From assembly GCF_009914755.1 (NCBI RefSeq), contig NC_060928.1: 64,000 nt of DNA. One strand, given 5' to 3'. The stretch comes from the human T2T-CHM13v2.0 reference genome, Homo sapiens. The position numbers were made by a program, and so were the translations under genes. The notes beneath the pieces were generated by a model. That model saw only the letters and a program-made list of their open reading frames with translations, searched no databases and had not been told where the DNA came from. Below, piece by piece: positions 26,744 to 41,003 of the stretch (its first letter is position 1; every line of letters begins with the position of its first letter).

Positions 26744-26955
26744 GAGAGAAGAAGGAGAAAAAACAGCAATCAATAGCTGGAAGTGCCGACTCTAAGCCAA
26801 TAGATGTTTCCCGTCTGGATCTTCGAATTGGTTGCATCATAACTGCTAGAAAACACCCTGATGCAGATTCTTTGTATGTGGAAGAAGTAGATGTCGGAGA
26901 AATAGCCCCAAGGACAGTTGTCAGTGGCCTGGTGAATCATGTTCCTCTTGAACAG
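26744..26955 (+). CDS. AIMP1: AIMP1 exon 5; contains the SAD/SKP junction that releases EMAP II and the start of the tRNA-binding OB fold
   Basis: [71 protein letters not shown]; acceptor tttttag|; donor CAG|GTAATC; 212 nt. Confidence 0.96.
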
Positions 26956-27667
26956 GTAATCTGTACAACTGAAATTCCTGTTGTGTACATACAACATTTT
27001 CATTCCCTCCTTCTTGGTATCTTTCCATTATAATTTTGTATACCATACAACATGTGCCCTTGTTAATTAGTTCAGTCGATTAGTTTGAATGTGGTTAATT
27101 ACACAAAAAAAGCATAAAACCACCAAAAACCTGTAAAACATCTGTAAATTAAGATATAATGCATAAGGATAGGAAGAAGAAAAGATGTATTATTTTATCT
27201 ATTTTTAAAGTATTTTTACTTTTGTATTTTGCATTAAAAAACTATTGGTGTGTATATATATATAAAATATATTTGAAATCTAAGTAACAACAAAATACAA
27301 AACATCCCATTTTTAACAAATAAAGGAATACTATTAAAAATTACAAGTTCAATCTCCGTGATCCCCTCTCCTCATTTTTCCTCAAGTATGAAAATATTTT
27401 TTGGGTTTTAGAGAAATAAAACTTGCTCTCATGCTTTTAGATTGGTGCTTTCTGGGTTTATTTTACATGATTTTGAAAAGCAAGGAATTATAAAATTCCA
27501 TGATGAAGCAGTGATAAAAATAATGATTATGATGACTATTGTGTTAGAAGTACTTAATAGATAAATTTTTTTCACATGCTATTTTATTTCTTACTATATA
27601 CAACTGTCAGTTAAGTAGTATCACCCTCATTTACAGATGACGTTTAGGAAAGTTAACCAAGTTATGC

Positions 27668-27790
27668 TATATATATACAGAGATACATATATATATATAT
27701 ATACATATATATATAAGTTGGTTCACTTTTTTATGTATCTATAGATATATACTCATTATACATCTGTCTATATAGATATATATATATATA
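27668..27790. repeat. Compound (TA)n low-complexity tract inside a MIR remnant
   Basis: Several TATATA runs interrupted by CA/GA. Confidence 0.8.
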
Positions 27791-29337
27791 CTCATTTATC
27801 TCACTCTGAGGCTGATTATCTTTAATCCCTATACTGTTCAGCTTTACTGTTTACCATTCAAGGTGGAGTTAGTCATGAAACTTCTAACTACAGGTGCTAT
27901 GTAGTTTTTAGAGCCATGCATATGACCAAGGTCATAAATTACAAACTGCTGGGCCAAGGAAAGAATGCAATCCCAAAAAGTTTCAGTTTATCTTTCATAG
28001 TATTTCATAAAATACTTACACATGGAATTTTACATGAAAATCCTGATGTCTTGTTTCTTAAAAATTCAGAACTAAGCCCCACCCCTACCCTTCCCAACCC
28101 CCTGCTATTTTCTTAAGGCAGAAATTGGTTAACACTTAGTAATGGATAGCCCCTTTAGGTGGAAGTTAGACTCTTTAACACAGTTTCAACCATTCCATAG
28201 TTGAGGTGGAAGGTCACTTGTGATTATTTGGTATTTATCTTTACTTTTCTGCTAGTGTTATATTTACGGAAGGTTAAGAAGAGACTCGAGTATCTTTTTT
28301 TACCATGTCTCAAAAAAACAAGGGTGTTACTTGTTTTTTCTGTCTAGGATTCCTTACTCATTTCCTTTACTTATTTGGTAGACAGTTGTATCATAATTGC
28401 ATCAAATTGCACTTTTGATCCCTAGCCTGGGCTTTTGTTTTGGCTCTCTAATTTCAGCGTTGCTGGAACACAGTACGGGTAATGGATCAATATTGACCTA
28501 TCATCAAGAGTACAAGGAAGTGATTTCTTCTACTTCCTACTTAACAAGCTCATTTCTTTTAGGTCTCCAATGATTAATTATCCGAGCCAGTGAAGTTTGG
28601 GTTTTAAGTGTTTCATAAAAGAAATTGATAGGAGGTTAGAGTATCTCCACTTTTCCTTTCTTCTGGTGAGTTTAGCACCAGGGACTGTGCTTTGTGTAGC
28701 TTCAGAAAACAAACCATGGTTACAGTTTATATAATATTATTCCCTATTTAAAATTTAATTCTTTCTATAGTGAAATTAGAGCTGGGTATTTGGAATATGT
28801 GAAAAGTATTGATGGTATATTTTATGAAGGATAACCTTGCATGATAACCGTTTTAAAAGCAAATTGATACTCCATGATGATACCCTTCAGAGCAGTGGTT
28901 TCTAACTGTTGCTTTTTTTCTTATAAGCTTTCAAACCTCCTTCTCAACAAAAGTTTACTTTCTTCCTTTTTCTTTACTTTTGAATACCATATTTACTTTC
29001 TTGAAGAAATATGGTTTTTAAAAAATCTAGTAACAGTGGAAAGAATCGAAGACAGTAGCAGTTTTAAATGTCCTCTTTCTAGATGTCTTCTATGGTGGTT
29101 TGAATCATCTACCTATTTCCTCTGTCCCATGGTGCTTCAGAGATATTGCAAAGAATATGGACTTCAACATTACGATAGTTCTGCCTTTGTTTATTGCTAC
29201 TCTGCTGCTTGTTGGTTTTGTGAACTTGAACAAATCCCTGTGTTCATTCAATTATATTTATAGCTGCAAGTATTTATTAAGCACCAAGCACCTAAGTAAA
29301 GGATACAGCAACAAATTAAAATACAGAGATAGATAAA

Positions 29338-30200
<863 letters not shown>

Positions 30201-31100
30201 GTTTCTCTTATCTAGGAAAAAAGAAGTAGACTTGGCATATGCATGTGCTTTTTTTACTTTTTAATATTTATGTTATATAGGACCAGAACTGATTCATAAC
30301 TCCTTATGAAGTTAGGAGCCCTGGAGAAAAGAACCAACTGATCTTCAGCCAGCTTAAATTGGAAAAACTCCTCATTTGGGCTTCATCTTTTCTGTTCTTA
30401 TAAGTTGTAGACTATTTTTTCTCTTCCAGCAGCCATCATTCACAACCATAAGCAAAGCTATTTTTATAAACATCTGTATCTAACCCATCAAGATACAACC
30501 TAAAATAAAAGTTAAAAAAAAAAAGATAGTACTAGTAAACATTCTATAAAGTAGGGACACTTAGAATTCAAAATTATATACTCTGTTTTGTAGGTGGTAC
30601 ATTTTTCTAGGGAAAAGTTTCATAGCTATCGTCAGATCCTTAAAGGATTGCATCTTACTAATCCTGTTGCTACTCTTAAACACTTTTGCTGTAACTTTTA
30701 AGTTCTCATATACGTGACATTGTCAAGTTATTTGAAGCATTCGAAGAGAAATATTATTTATGAAGACCCCCTAATTCATTTCGAATTTGACTCTTAGGCT
30801 CATTTTTTTAAATCATAGTATTTCAGAGTAAATTTGCATATAACATTTATTTATAAAACCATCTTTTATCTAGAATGCATCTTTTTTTCTCCTTTGAGCA
30901 ATAGTTCTCTTGTATGATTCATTTTAAACTTGTTGAAAGAATTTAAATAACTATATTTCTTACTTTTGCTAGTTGGAGAAAAAAATTAAGACACTTCAAA
31001 TATGAAGATTAAAGAAATTTCCGTTTGCTTCCATAAAAAATTTGTAGAACTAGCCCTACATGTTAGTTGCATGATGCATGATGCTGAAATTGTTAAATGA

Positions 31101-31102
<2 letters not shown>

Positions 31103-31131
<29 letters not shown>

Positions 31132-31414
31132 GAGACAGGGTCTCACTCTTGCCCAAGCTGGAGTTCAGTGGCATAATCAAGGCTCATTGCAGCCTCCAGG
31201 CTCAAGCGATCCTTCCACCTCAGCCTCCCAAGTAGCTGGGACTATAGCCACATGCCACCATGCCCAGCGAATTTTTTTATTTTTTGTAGAGACTGGGTTT
31301 TGCCATTTTGCCCATGCTGGTCTCGAAAAAAAAAAAACACTGGGCTCAAGCAGTCTGCCTGCCTCAGCTTCCCAAGGAGCTGGGATTATAGGTGTGAGCC
31401 ACCACACCCAGCCA
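31103..31414 (-). mobile_element. AluJ with internal oligo-A expansion
   Basis: Dimeric AluJ; TCTCG(A)12CACTGGGCTC where the consensus reads TCTCGAACTCCTGGGCTC. Confidence 0.9.
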
Positions 31415-31940
31415 ATTTTTTTTAAATTAAAAAATAAATCTAGCATAGCTCTGGAAATGATCAAATGTGTAGGGAAGAAAATGCACATGTGTAAATGTGT
31501 CCATTTATTTTAATTCTAATGCTAGGCTAAATGCTTTATTATGCATGTTATGATTTAATCCTTATGACAACTCTTCAATATTATTTCTCTCATTTTTTGA
31601 GGAAACAGGAGTGTCAACTTTATGCATTCTCATTGCTAGTACATGGCAGCTGAAATTCAAAACCAAGTCTGTTTCACTCATTTATTCATTGAGTAAATTT
31701 TTAACTGAAATTCCTCTGCTCTTTCAACCATAATGCGTTATCAATTTGGAGGAATTTTTTTTTCATGTTTATGCAAAGCTTCGTAACAACAATAAGAGAC
31801 TTTGGGCACACAAAGACAAAGGTACATCCACAAAAGTAGAACATTTGATACTTAGCATATTAGGTGTAGCTTAATGTAGTCTGGATATGATTAGGCTTAA
31901 TCTGTGTACATCTTTACTTACCAGTTTATATTTCACACAG

Positions 31941-32109
31941 ATGCAAAATCGGATGGTGATTTTACTTTGTAACCTGAAACCTGCAAAGATGAGGGGAGTA
32001 TTATCTCAAGCAATGGTCATGTGTGCTAGTTCACCAGAGAAAATTGAAATCTTGGCTCCTCCAAATGGGTCTGTTCCTGGAGACAGAATTACTTTTGATG
32101 CTTTCCCAG
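31941..32109 (+). CDS. AIMP1: AIMP1 exon 6
   Basis: MQNRMVILLCNLKPAKMRGVLSQAMVMCASSPEKIEILAPPNGSVPGDRITFDAFP; acceptor tttcacacag|; donor CAG|GTAGGT; 169 nt. Confidence 0.96.
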
Positions 32110-32332
32110 GTAGGTATTTATTAGTAATTACTTAATAGTTTCGGAATCAGTTCTCAAAGTGATGTTTGTAATGCTTAAAGGTTAAAATCAGTCCTGTGTA
32201 AGAATCATGAGTCTTACATTAATGACCATTATTAACTATTATTGAGTTTTTCAAGATTGGCTCAAGATGACACATTGAGTAAACCTTGTAATCATTCTCC
32301 TCCCCATGAATGTACATGTTGTATAAAACACC

Positions 32333-34704
32333 TGATATGGTTTGACTATGTCCCCACCAAAATCTCATCTTGAATTGTAGTTCCCATAATCCCTACATGT
32401 CATGGGAGGGACCCGGTGGGAGGTAACTGAATCCTGGGGGCAGGTTTTACCTGTGCTGTTCTCATGATAGTGAATAAGTCTCATGAGATCTCATGGTTTT
32501 ATAAAAGGGCAGTTCCCCTACGCATGCTCTCTTGTCTGCTACTATATAAGACATGCCTTTGCTCCTCCTTTGTCTTCTGCCATGATCGTGAGGCCTCTGC
32601 AGCCATGTGGAACTGTTGGTCAATTAAACCTCTTTCTTTTATAAATTACCCAGCCTCGAGTATATCTTTATTAGCAGCGTGAGAATAGACTAATACAGTA
32701 AATTGATACTGGGTAGTAGGGACACTGCTGTAAAGATATCCGAAAGTGTGGAAGCGACTTTGGAACTGGGTAACAGGCAGAGATTGGAACAGTTTGGAGG
32801 GTTCAGAAAAAGATAGGAAAATGTGGAACAGTTTGGGACTTCCTGGATACTTTCAGGGCTCAGGAGATAGGAAAATGTGGGAAAGTTTGGAACTTTCTAG
32901 AGACTTGTTGAATGGCTTTGACCAAAATGCTGATAGTGATACGGACAATACAGTCCAGGCTGAGGTGGTCTCAGATAGAGATGAGGAGCTTGTTGGGAAC
33001 TGAAGCAAAAGTGACTTTTGCTATACTTTAGCAAAGAGACTGGTGGCATTTTGCCCTTTCCCTAGAGATCTATGGAACTTTGAACTTGAGAAAGATGAGT
33101 TAGGGTATCTGGCAGAAGAAATTTCTAAGCAGCAAAGCATTTAAGAGGTGACTTGGGTGCTCTTAAGCATTCAGTTGTATTCATTCACAAAGACATGGTT
33201 TGGAATTGGAACATGTTTAAAAGGGAAGCAGAGCATAAAAGTTTGAAAAATGTTCAGACTGAAGATGCAGTAGAAAAGAAAAACCCATTTCTGCCAGCTG
33301 CAGAAATTTGCATAAGCAATGAAGAGCCAAATGTTAATTGCCAAGACAATGGGGAAAATGTCTCCAGGGCATTTCAAAGACCTTCACAGCAGCCCCTCCT
33401 ATCACAGAACCTGAGGCCTAGGAAGAAAAAATGGTTTCCTGGGCTGGGCCCAGGGCCCCCGTGCTGTGTGCAGCTTAGGGACTTGGTGCCCTGCTTCCCA
33501 GCTGCTGCAGCCATGGCTAAAAAGGGCTAAGGTACAGCTCAGGCCCTTGCTTCAGAGAGTGCAAGCCCTAAGCCTTGACAGCTTCCACATGGTGTTGAGC
33601 CTGCAGAGGCACAGAACTGAGGTTCGGGAACCTCCGCCTAGATTTCAGAAGATGTATGGAAGCCCCTGGATGTCCTGGCAGAAATTTGCTCTAGGGGCAG
33701 GGCCGTCATGAACCTCTACTAAGACAGTGCAGAAAGGAACTGTGGGATGGGACCCCCCCACACACAGAATCCCCACTGGGGCACTGCCTAGTGGAGCTGT
33801 GAGAAGAGGGCCACTGTCCTCCAGACCCTAGAATCATAAATCCACTGACAGCTTCCGCAGTGTGCCTGGAAAAGCTGCAGACATTCAACTCCAGCCTGTG
33901 AAAGCAGCTGGGATGGTGGCTGTGCCCTACAAAGCCACAGGGGTAGAGCTGCCCAAGGCTGTGGGAGCCCACCTGTTGCATCAGCATGACCTGCGTGTGA
34001 GACATGGCGTCAAAGGAGATCATTTTGGAACTTTGAGGTTTGATGACTACCCTGTTGGATTCCAGACTTGCATGGGGCCTATGGGCCCTTTGTTTTGGTC
34101 CAATTTCTCCCATTTGGAATGGTGTATTTACCCAATGCCTGTACCCCCAATGTATTCTGGAAGTAACTAACTTGCTTTTGATTTTATGGCTCATAGGCAG
34201 AAGGGACTTGTCTTGTCTCAGATGAGATGCTGGACTGTGGGCTTTTGAGTTAATACTGAAATGAGTTAAGACTTTGGGGAACTGTTGGGAAGGCATGATT
34301 GGTTTTGAAATGTGAGGACATGAGATTTGGGAGGGGCCAGGGGCAGAATGATATGGTTTGGCTGTGTCCCCACCCAAATCTCATCTTGAATTATAGCTCC
34401 CACAATTTTCACCTGTCGTGGGAGGGACCTGGTAGGAGGTAATTGAATCCTGGGGGAGGGTTTTTCCTGTGCTGTTCTCATGATAGTGAAAAAGTCTCAT
34501 GAGAGCTGATGGTTTTATAAAAGGGCAATTCCCCTACACGTGCTCTCTTGCCTGCTGCCATGTAACACATGCTCCTCTTTAACCTTCTGCCATGTGGCGG
34601 CCTCCACTGCCATGTGGAACTGTGAGTCAATTAAACCTCTTTCCTTTAGAAATTACCCAACCTTGGATGTATCTTTATTAGCAGCATGAGAACAGACTAA
34701 CAGA
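32333..34704 (+). mobile_element. Full-length THE1 (THE1C-like) MaLR provirus: 5'LTR 32333-32697, internal 32698-34348, 3'LTR 34349-34704
   Basis: Both LTRs start TGATATGGTTTG..CCCCACC.AAATCTCATCTTGAATT. Polypurine tract GGGAGGGGCCAGGGGCAGAA before the 3'LTR. TSD ACACC at 32328-32332 and 34705-34709. Confidence 0.93.
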
Positions 34705-35344
34705 ACACCACAGAGAGATTTTGTCCTAACTAAAGCAATAATATTAATACCAGCGTAGCAGAAAAGTATGACGTGGATAGAGAACAGATTAATGTGCTGC
34801 AAAATCTCTTATGCTGTAGATTGTCTCATGCTGCAGCACAGAAAGACAGAGATGAAAAGTTTAGATTTATAATTATAAATTCCATCTAATAATATACTTG
34901 CATATGTTTTTACTCAAATTCAGGATATAGAGAAAATATCTAAGTTAAAATGTAATGATTTTAATAATCTAAAAGGAAGTTTCATTTTGTATTGCCTGTT
35001 TTCTCTAATAAAAATACTCCTGAGACAGATGAAGCTTCATAATGTGTGAGAAAGTTTCTTCAAATAGGTCTTTGAAGCAGAAGAGAAAAGATTCTTGGCA
35101 GATATAGAATAAGTATTTATCTCATATAAGAGGAAGGACCTGATAAAAAGAAAAACAGTTAGAAATTAAGACTGCATTTAAAGGATATTTATTTGACTAG
35201 AGTAATTGGGAAAGGCAGATATAAATGAAGATAAATAGAATTAGGTAAAAGAACAATTTGGAGACATATTTGTAGAAATGACTGAGGATTTGTGTGTGTG
35301 TGTGAGCGAATTATTTTGTAATGGTGCAATAAAATTAAACTAAG

Positions 35345-38300
35345 GTTTTTTGGGTTTTTTTTTTTCCAACTTGTATTTTAGGCTCAAGGGATACAGATTT
35401 CTTATATTGGCAAATTGTATGTCCTTGAAGTTTAGTATAGGAATGATCCCATCACCCAGGTAGTGAGCATAGTACCTAATAGGTAATTTTAGAACCCTCA
35501 CCCCACTCCCGACCTCCCTCCTAGTAGTACTCAGTGCATTTTGTTTCCATCTTCATGTCTGTGTATACGCAATGTTTAGGTTTAGCTCTCACTTATAAGT
35601 GAAGACATACTGTATTTGATTTCCTGTTCCTGTGTTGGGTTACTTAGGACAATGGCTTCCAGCTGCATCCATTTTGCTGCAAAGGATATTAATTTCTTTT
35701 TTTAAGGCTGCATGGTATTCCATAGTACATGTGTACCACATTTTTTTAATCCAATCCACTGTTGATGGACACTAGAGTTGATTGCATGTCTTTGCTATTG
35801 TGAATAGTGCTGCAGTGAACTTACAAGTGTATTTGTCTTTTTGGTAGAATATTCTATTTTTCTTTGAGTATATACCCAGTAATGGGATTGCTAGGTCAAA
35901 TGGTAGTTCTGTTTTAAGTTCTTTGAGAAACTCCAAACTGCTTTTCACAGTGGCTGAACTAATTTGCATTCCCTTTTCTCTTCCACCTCACCAACATCTT
36001 ATTTTTGTTTTTTGTCTTAGTAATAGCCACTGTGACTGGTATGAGATGGTATCTCATTGTGGTTTTGATTTGCACTTCTGTGATGTTGAGTGTTTTTGAT
36101 ATTTGTTGGCGACATATATGTCTTCTGTTGAGAAGTGTCTTTTCATGTTCTTTGTCCATGTTTTAATGGAGTTATTTGTTTTTTGCTTGTTGAATTAAGT
36201 TCCTTATGGATTCTAGATATTAGAGTTTTGTTGGATGCATAGTTTGCGAATATTTTTTCCCATTCTTTAGGCTGTCTGTTTACTCTGCTGATAGTTTATT
36301 TTGCAGTGCAGAAGCTCTTCAGTTTAATCAGCTCCCACTTGTCAACTTTTATTTTTGTTGCAATTGCTTTTGGAGACTTCGTCATAAATTCTTTGCCAAG
36401 GGTGATATTGAGAAGGATATTTCCTAGAATTTTTGCCAAGGGTGATATTGAGAAAGATATTTCTTAGATTTTCTTCTAGGATTTTTAAGTTTTAGGTCTT
36501 ATATTTAATTCTTTAATCCATCTTGAGTTAACTTTTGTATATGGTGAAATGTAAGGGTCCTATTTCATTCTTCTGCATATGGCTAGCCAGTTATTCCAGC
36601 ACCATTTATTGAATAGAGAGTTTTTTTCCCATTGCTTGTTTTGTTGACTTGCTGAAAATCAGATGGTTGTAGGCATGCAGCTTTATTTCTATGTCCTTTA
36701 TCTTGTTGCATTTGTCTGTGTGTCTATTTTTGTACCAGTACCCTTCTGTTTTGGTTACTGTAGCCTTGTAGTATAGTTTGAAGTTGGGTAGTGTGATGCC
36801 TCCAGTTATGTTCTTTTTGCTTAGAATTATTTTGGCTATTTGCACTCTTTCCTCATTCCACGCAAATTTTAGAAAATTTTTTTCTAATTCTGTTATAAAT
36901 GATGTTGTATGTAGTTTGATAGTAATAGTATTAACTCTGTAGATTACTTTGGGCAGTAAGGCAATTTTAACAATACTGATTTTTCCAATCCATGAGTGTA
37001 CAATGTTTTTCCATGTGTTTGTATCATCTGTGATTTCTTTCAGCAGTATTTTATAGTTCTCCTTGTAGAGATCTTTCACCTCCTTCATTAGGTTCATTCC
37101 TAGATATTTCATTTTTTGTGTGCCTATTGTAATTGGGATTGTGTTCTTGATTTGACTCTCAGCTTGAACTTTAGTGTATAGAAATGCTGCTGATTTTTGT
37201 GCATTGATTTTGTATCCAGAAACTTTACTAAAGTCATTTATCAGCTCTGGGAGCCTTTTGGCAGAGTCTGTAGGGTTTTTTAGGTACAGAATCATAAATC
37301 AGTGAAGACAGATAATTTGACTTCTTCTTTTCCTATTTGGATGCCTTTTCTTTCTCTTGCCTGATTGCTCTGTGTAGGACTCCCAGTTCTATGTTGAATA
37401 GGGGTGATGAAAGTGGGCATCCCTGTTTTGTTCCAGTTTTCAAGGGAAATGGTTCCAGCTTTTGCCCATTAGGTATTATGTTGGCTATGGGTTTGCCATA
37501 GATAGCTCTTATTATTTTGAGGTGTGTTCCTTTGATGCCTAGTCTATTGAGGGTTTTATCATAAAGGGAGGTAGATTTTATTTAAAGCTTTTTCTGTATC
37601 TGTTGAGATGATTATATAATTTTTGGTCTTAATTCTATTTATGTGGTGAACCACATTTATTGATTTGCATATGTTGAACCAGCCTTGCATCCCAGAAATA
37701 AAGCCTACTTGATTGTGGTATATTGCTTTTTGATGTGCTGCTGTATTTGATTTGCCAGTATTTTGTTGATGACTTTTGTGTTAGTGTTCATCAGAGATAT
37801 TGGCCTAAAGTTTTCTTTTTTCCTTGTGGTCTCTGACAGTTTTTGGTGTCAGGCTGATGCTGGCTTCACAAGGAAGGAGCTCCTCTTGCTCAGTTTTTTG
37901 GAATAGTCTCAGTAGGATTGGTACCAGTTCTTTGTACATCTGGTAGAATTCAGCTGCGAATCTATCCGATCCAGGGCTTTTTTTTTTTTTTTTTGAGACG
38001 GGGTCTGGTTCTGTAACCCAGGTTGGAGTGCAGTGGCGTTATCTTGGCCCACTGCAATCTCTGCCTTTTAGGCTCGAGCCAACCTCCCACCTCAGCCTCC
38101 TAAGTAGCTAGGACTATGGGCATGCGCCACCACACCAGGACTTTTTTTAATTGGTAGGTTTTTATTACTGGTTCAGTTTGAGAACTCGTTATTGGTCTGT
38201 TCATGTTTTTACTGTCTTCCTAGTACAATCTTGGGAGGTTGTGTGTTTCTAAGAATTTATCAATTTTCTAATTTGTGTGCAAAGAGATGTTTTTAATAGT

Positions 38301-38365
38301 CTCTGAGGTTCTTTTGTATTTCTGTGGGATTGGTTTTAATGTCACCTTTGTCATTTCTGATTGCA
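35345..38365 (-). mobile_element. 5'-truncated L1 (L1PA15/16-like) with decayed ORF2 RT/C-terminal region
   Basis: ORF 36606-37295 ([35 protein letters not shown]..) is L1 ORF2-like; 3'UTR motif CCCATCACCCAGGTAGTGAGCATAGTACC; poly-T at about 35345-35365. Confidence 0.92.
37978..38139 (-). mobile_element. AluJ right-arm fragment inserted in the L1
   Basis: Poly-T, GAGACGGGGTCTGG..CCTCAGCCTCCTAAGTAGCT..GCCACCACACC; flanks CCAGG(G/A)CTTTTT. Confidence 0.85.
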
Positions 38366-40019
38366 AGTAGCTGAATTTTATTGAATAGCAAGGCTGATGT
38401 GATTATATAGGCATGTTTTAAAATTCTCCGTTAACTGTGTTTAATGAAATATTACAATATGAAGAGTTTTAACATGGAATAGTAAGACAGAAAATATGGA
38501 TGAAAGCATGGAATAATTTCCTTGGAACTCATTTCTACTCTCCTAATCAAAAGTAGACTAGTCTAAAAAAAGCACACAGGGGATTTTCTTTTTTTTTACA
38601 AGTACCCATGACTTTGAATGAATCTGTGTCTTGAACCTTGGTAGATGAGAAATCATAGTGGTCTATGCTCTAACAACATTTTTTTGGAGATTACATTTCG
38701 AGAAAATCTCAGTCTCCATGATTTCTCAGAGATGCCTAATGGCTTTAGATTCATGGAGCATATGCTCACCACTCTACTCCCACCAAGCAAAACTAACTTG
38801 AAAACAGTACTACAGCTAGGAAACAAAGACAATGCCAGGTCTTTGTGAGAATGCACTATTTATGATCAAATAATAAGTAGGAATTTACAGTCAGACTTTT
38901 AATTTCCAAGATCATGCTTATTTCTATTGATATCGAGTCGTATTAATAGTAGAAATTAATAGATAATTATGAAGCATAGGTTTAACTTAAAAGTCCATTT
39001 ATTAAAAATCCAAATTGTCTATACTTGATTCCTCCTCTTGAAAACCCATTTTAATCAGGTTTCTTTCCCCACTGTGTTTTGCCAGAACTGCTTTGGGTAA
39101 GATCACCAGTCACTCCCTGTAGCTATATGTCTAGTTCTCAGTCTTATTATTAATTAACTTGGCTTCTGGCACCACACTCTCCTGGTGGTCCTCCTTCTTC
39201 ACTGGCTGCCCCTGTCATTTCCTTTGATGATTCTTCCTTACCTCCTTAGATTCTTACTGTTATAGGGCCTCAGACCTTGGATTTGGACCTCTTTTTTTTC
39301 CATGCTTATTCCTTTGGCAATTTTACCCAGTCACTTAGATAAGCTAGATAGCTGCCAAATGAACTCTTTGATGTACATGTTCCAAGGGGGAAGGACACAT
39401 ATCCCATTCTTCCCCCTAGACTTTCATTTTTCCATGGTATTTTTCATCTTATTTGATAGGATTTCCATCCTCCTAGTTGCTTAACTGCTTTTCTCAATCT
39501 GTACATCTTCTCCTCAGAAAATCCTAGTGGCTCTACCTTCTGAACATACCGAAAATAATTATTAACTCCACCACTAGCACCCTAATCCCAAAGCCAACAT
39601 CTCTTTTCTGCATATTTACAGAAGTCTTCTAACTTATCATCCTGCTTTTGCCCTCCCTGTTCTTCCATTTATTTTCAATTAGAGCAGGCAGAGTGATCTA
39701 GCAGATTATATTACTCTGCTCAAAACTATTCAGAAGCTTTTCATCTCACCTAGAGTACAAGCCCAGGTTCTTACAGTGATCTCCCATTATTTTGTTAATC
39801 TCATGAACTCCAGCTTTTCCTTGTTCACTCCACTTGAGCCACTGGCTCTTTCCCAAGATAGCTGCATGATTCGCTTACTCATCTTATTCATATCTTTCTG
39901 AACCTCAGCTTTTTCATCTATAAGAAGGGGTTTTTAGTTGGTATTTTTCTTAACTGGGTTTGTAAGCTTTAACTTTTGAAACATTTAGCCAACTGCCTGG
40001 TATTTTAAATTCTTTGCTA

Positions 40020-40175
40020 TAACTTTTGTGCTTCAATATCCTCATCTGTAAGATGAGAGTAATGAATATTACTTACATATGTACTGAGAGGATTAAACAA
40101 GTTAATATATGTACAGCACTCAGTACAATGACCAGCACCTAGTAAGCACTATATACGTGTTGTGTGTTATTATGA
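40020..40175 (+). mobile_element. MIR
   Basis: CCTCATCTGTAAGATGAG..GAGGATTAAA..CAGCACCTAGTAAGCACT. Confidence 0.7.
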
Positions 40176-40910
40176 ATGTTATCTAGTTTATATGGCACTT
40201 TCTTTCTAGATCTGAGAAGGTTAATTTTGTGCTGCATCACAGCTTTTTATACTTAGGGCTTATGTCTGCTTGCAGCAAGAATTTACCCACACAATCTATA
40301 TTCTTTATAAGAAGCCTGTATGTCAGTCTGCTTCTTAACTAACTCATTATCAGTTTGGCAACATCCTTTTGGGCCAAGGTTGCAAAGGTTGCAAATCTGA
40401 GTCAGTGCTTAGGTCTCCCTGAACAGTATCTCTCCCTCTAGCCTTCCAGAATCCTGGAGTGCCTGCTTTGCCACACAATATATGCACAAGATTATGATTA
40501 TAGATTAAGGAATGATTTACAAACAAAAAATAAAAATCTTATGGATCTAAGGAGCAATATAATTGAACTTTATTTATGGTTATTTTTTTTCCATTCTATT
40601 TATTAGTTTCTCTATTGTCGAATCAAACGTCCTTAAAGGAGTAGGAGAAATTCTTATTTTTTATACCAGTCACTTTCAGTCTTAGTTTCATTACAAGTTC
40701 TAATGTAGGTGTATCATTCAATTAACTACTCTGTTATCTCTGAAAGCCTGCATGTTAGAAGGCAATGTTGTATGTTCTTGCAGTTTCATAGTTTCTGAAG
40801 AGCTAATAAACAACAAAACTACAATGACCAACTAATTTACACAGTTTTGTTATTCTTATATGTATATGACTGGAAAATAAATACTATTTTATATAATAAG
40901 ATGTCATCAG

Positions 40911-41003
40911 AATATAAAATATAAATATAAAATATATTTTATATTCCTAATATAAAATATAAATATAAAATATATTTTATATTCCTAATCTAAAATATAA
41001 ATA
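40911..41003. repeat. AT-rich 38-bp tandem repeat, about 2.4 copies
   Basis: AATATAAAATATAAATATAAAATATATTTTATATTCCT at 40911 and 40949, partial at 40987. Confidence 0.9.

Noticed and set aside
32110-32119. Tandem donor GTAG|GTATTT 4 nt downstream of the exon 6 donor
   Set aside because: A common +4 configuration. The upstream CAG|GTAGGT is stronger and is the only one that preserves the frame.
32746-34377. Long ORFs (up to 223 aa) and an internal duplication near 32790-32905 in the THE1 internal region
   Set aside because: Fragmented MaLR internal sequence or antisense frames. As I recall, the short duplication is part of some THE1 internal consensus sequences.
36606-37295. 229-aa reverse-transcriptase-like ORF
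   Set aside because: Decayed fragment of a 5'-truncated L1 ORF2 with stops and frameshifts on both sides.
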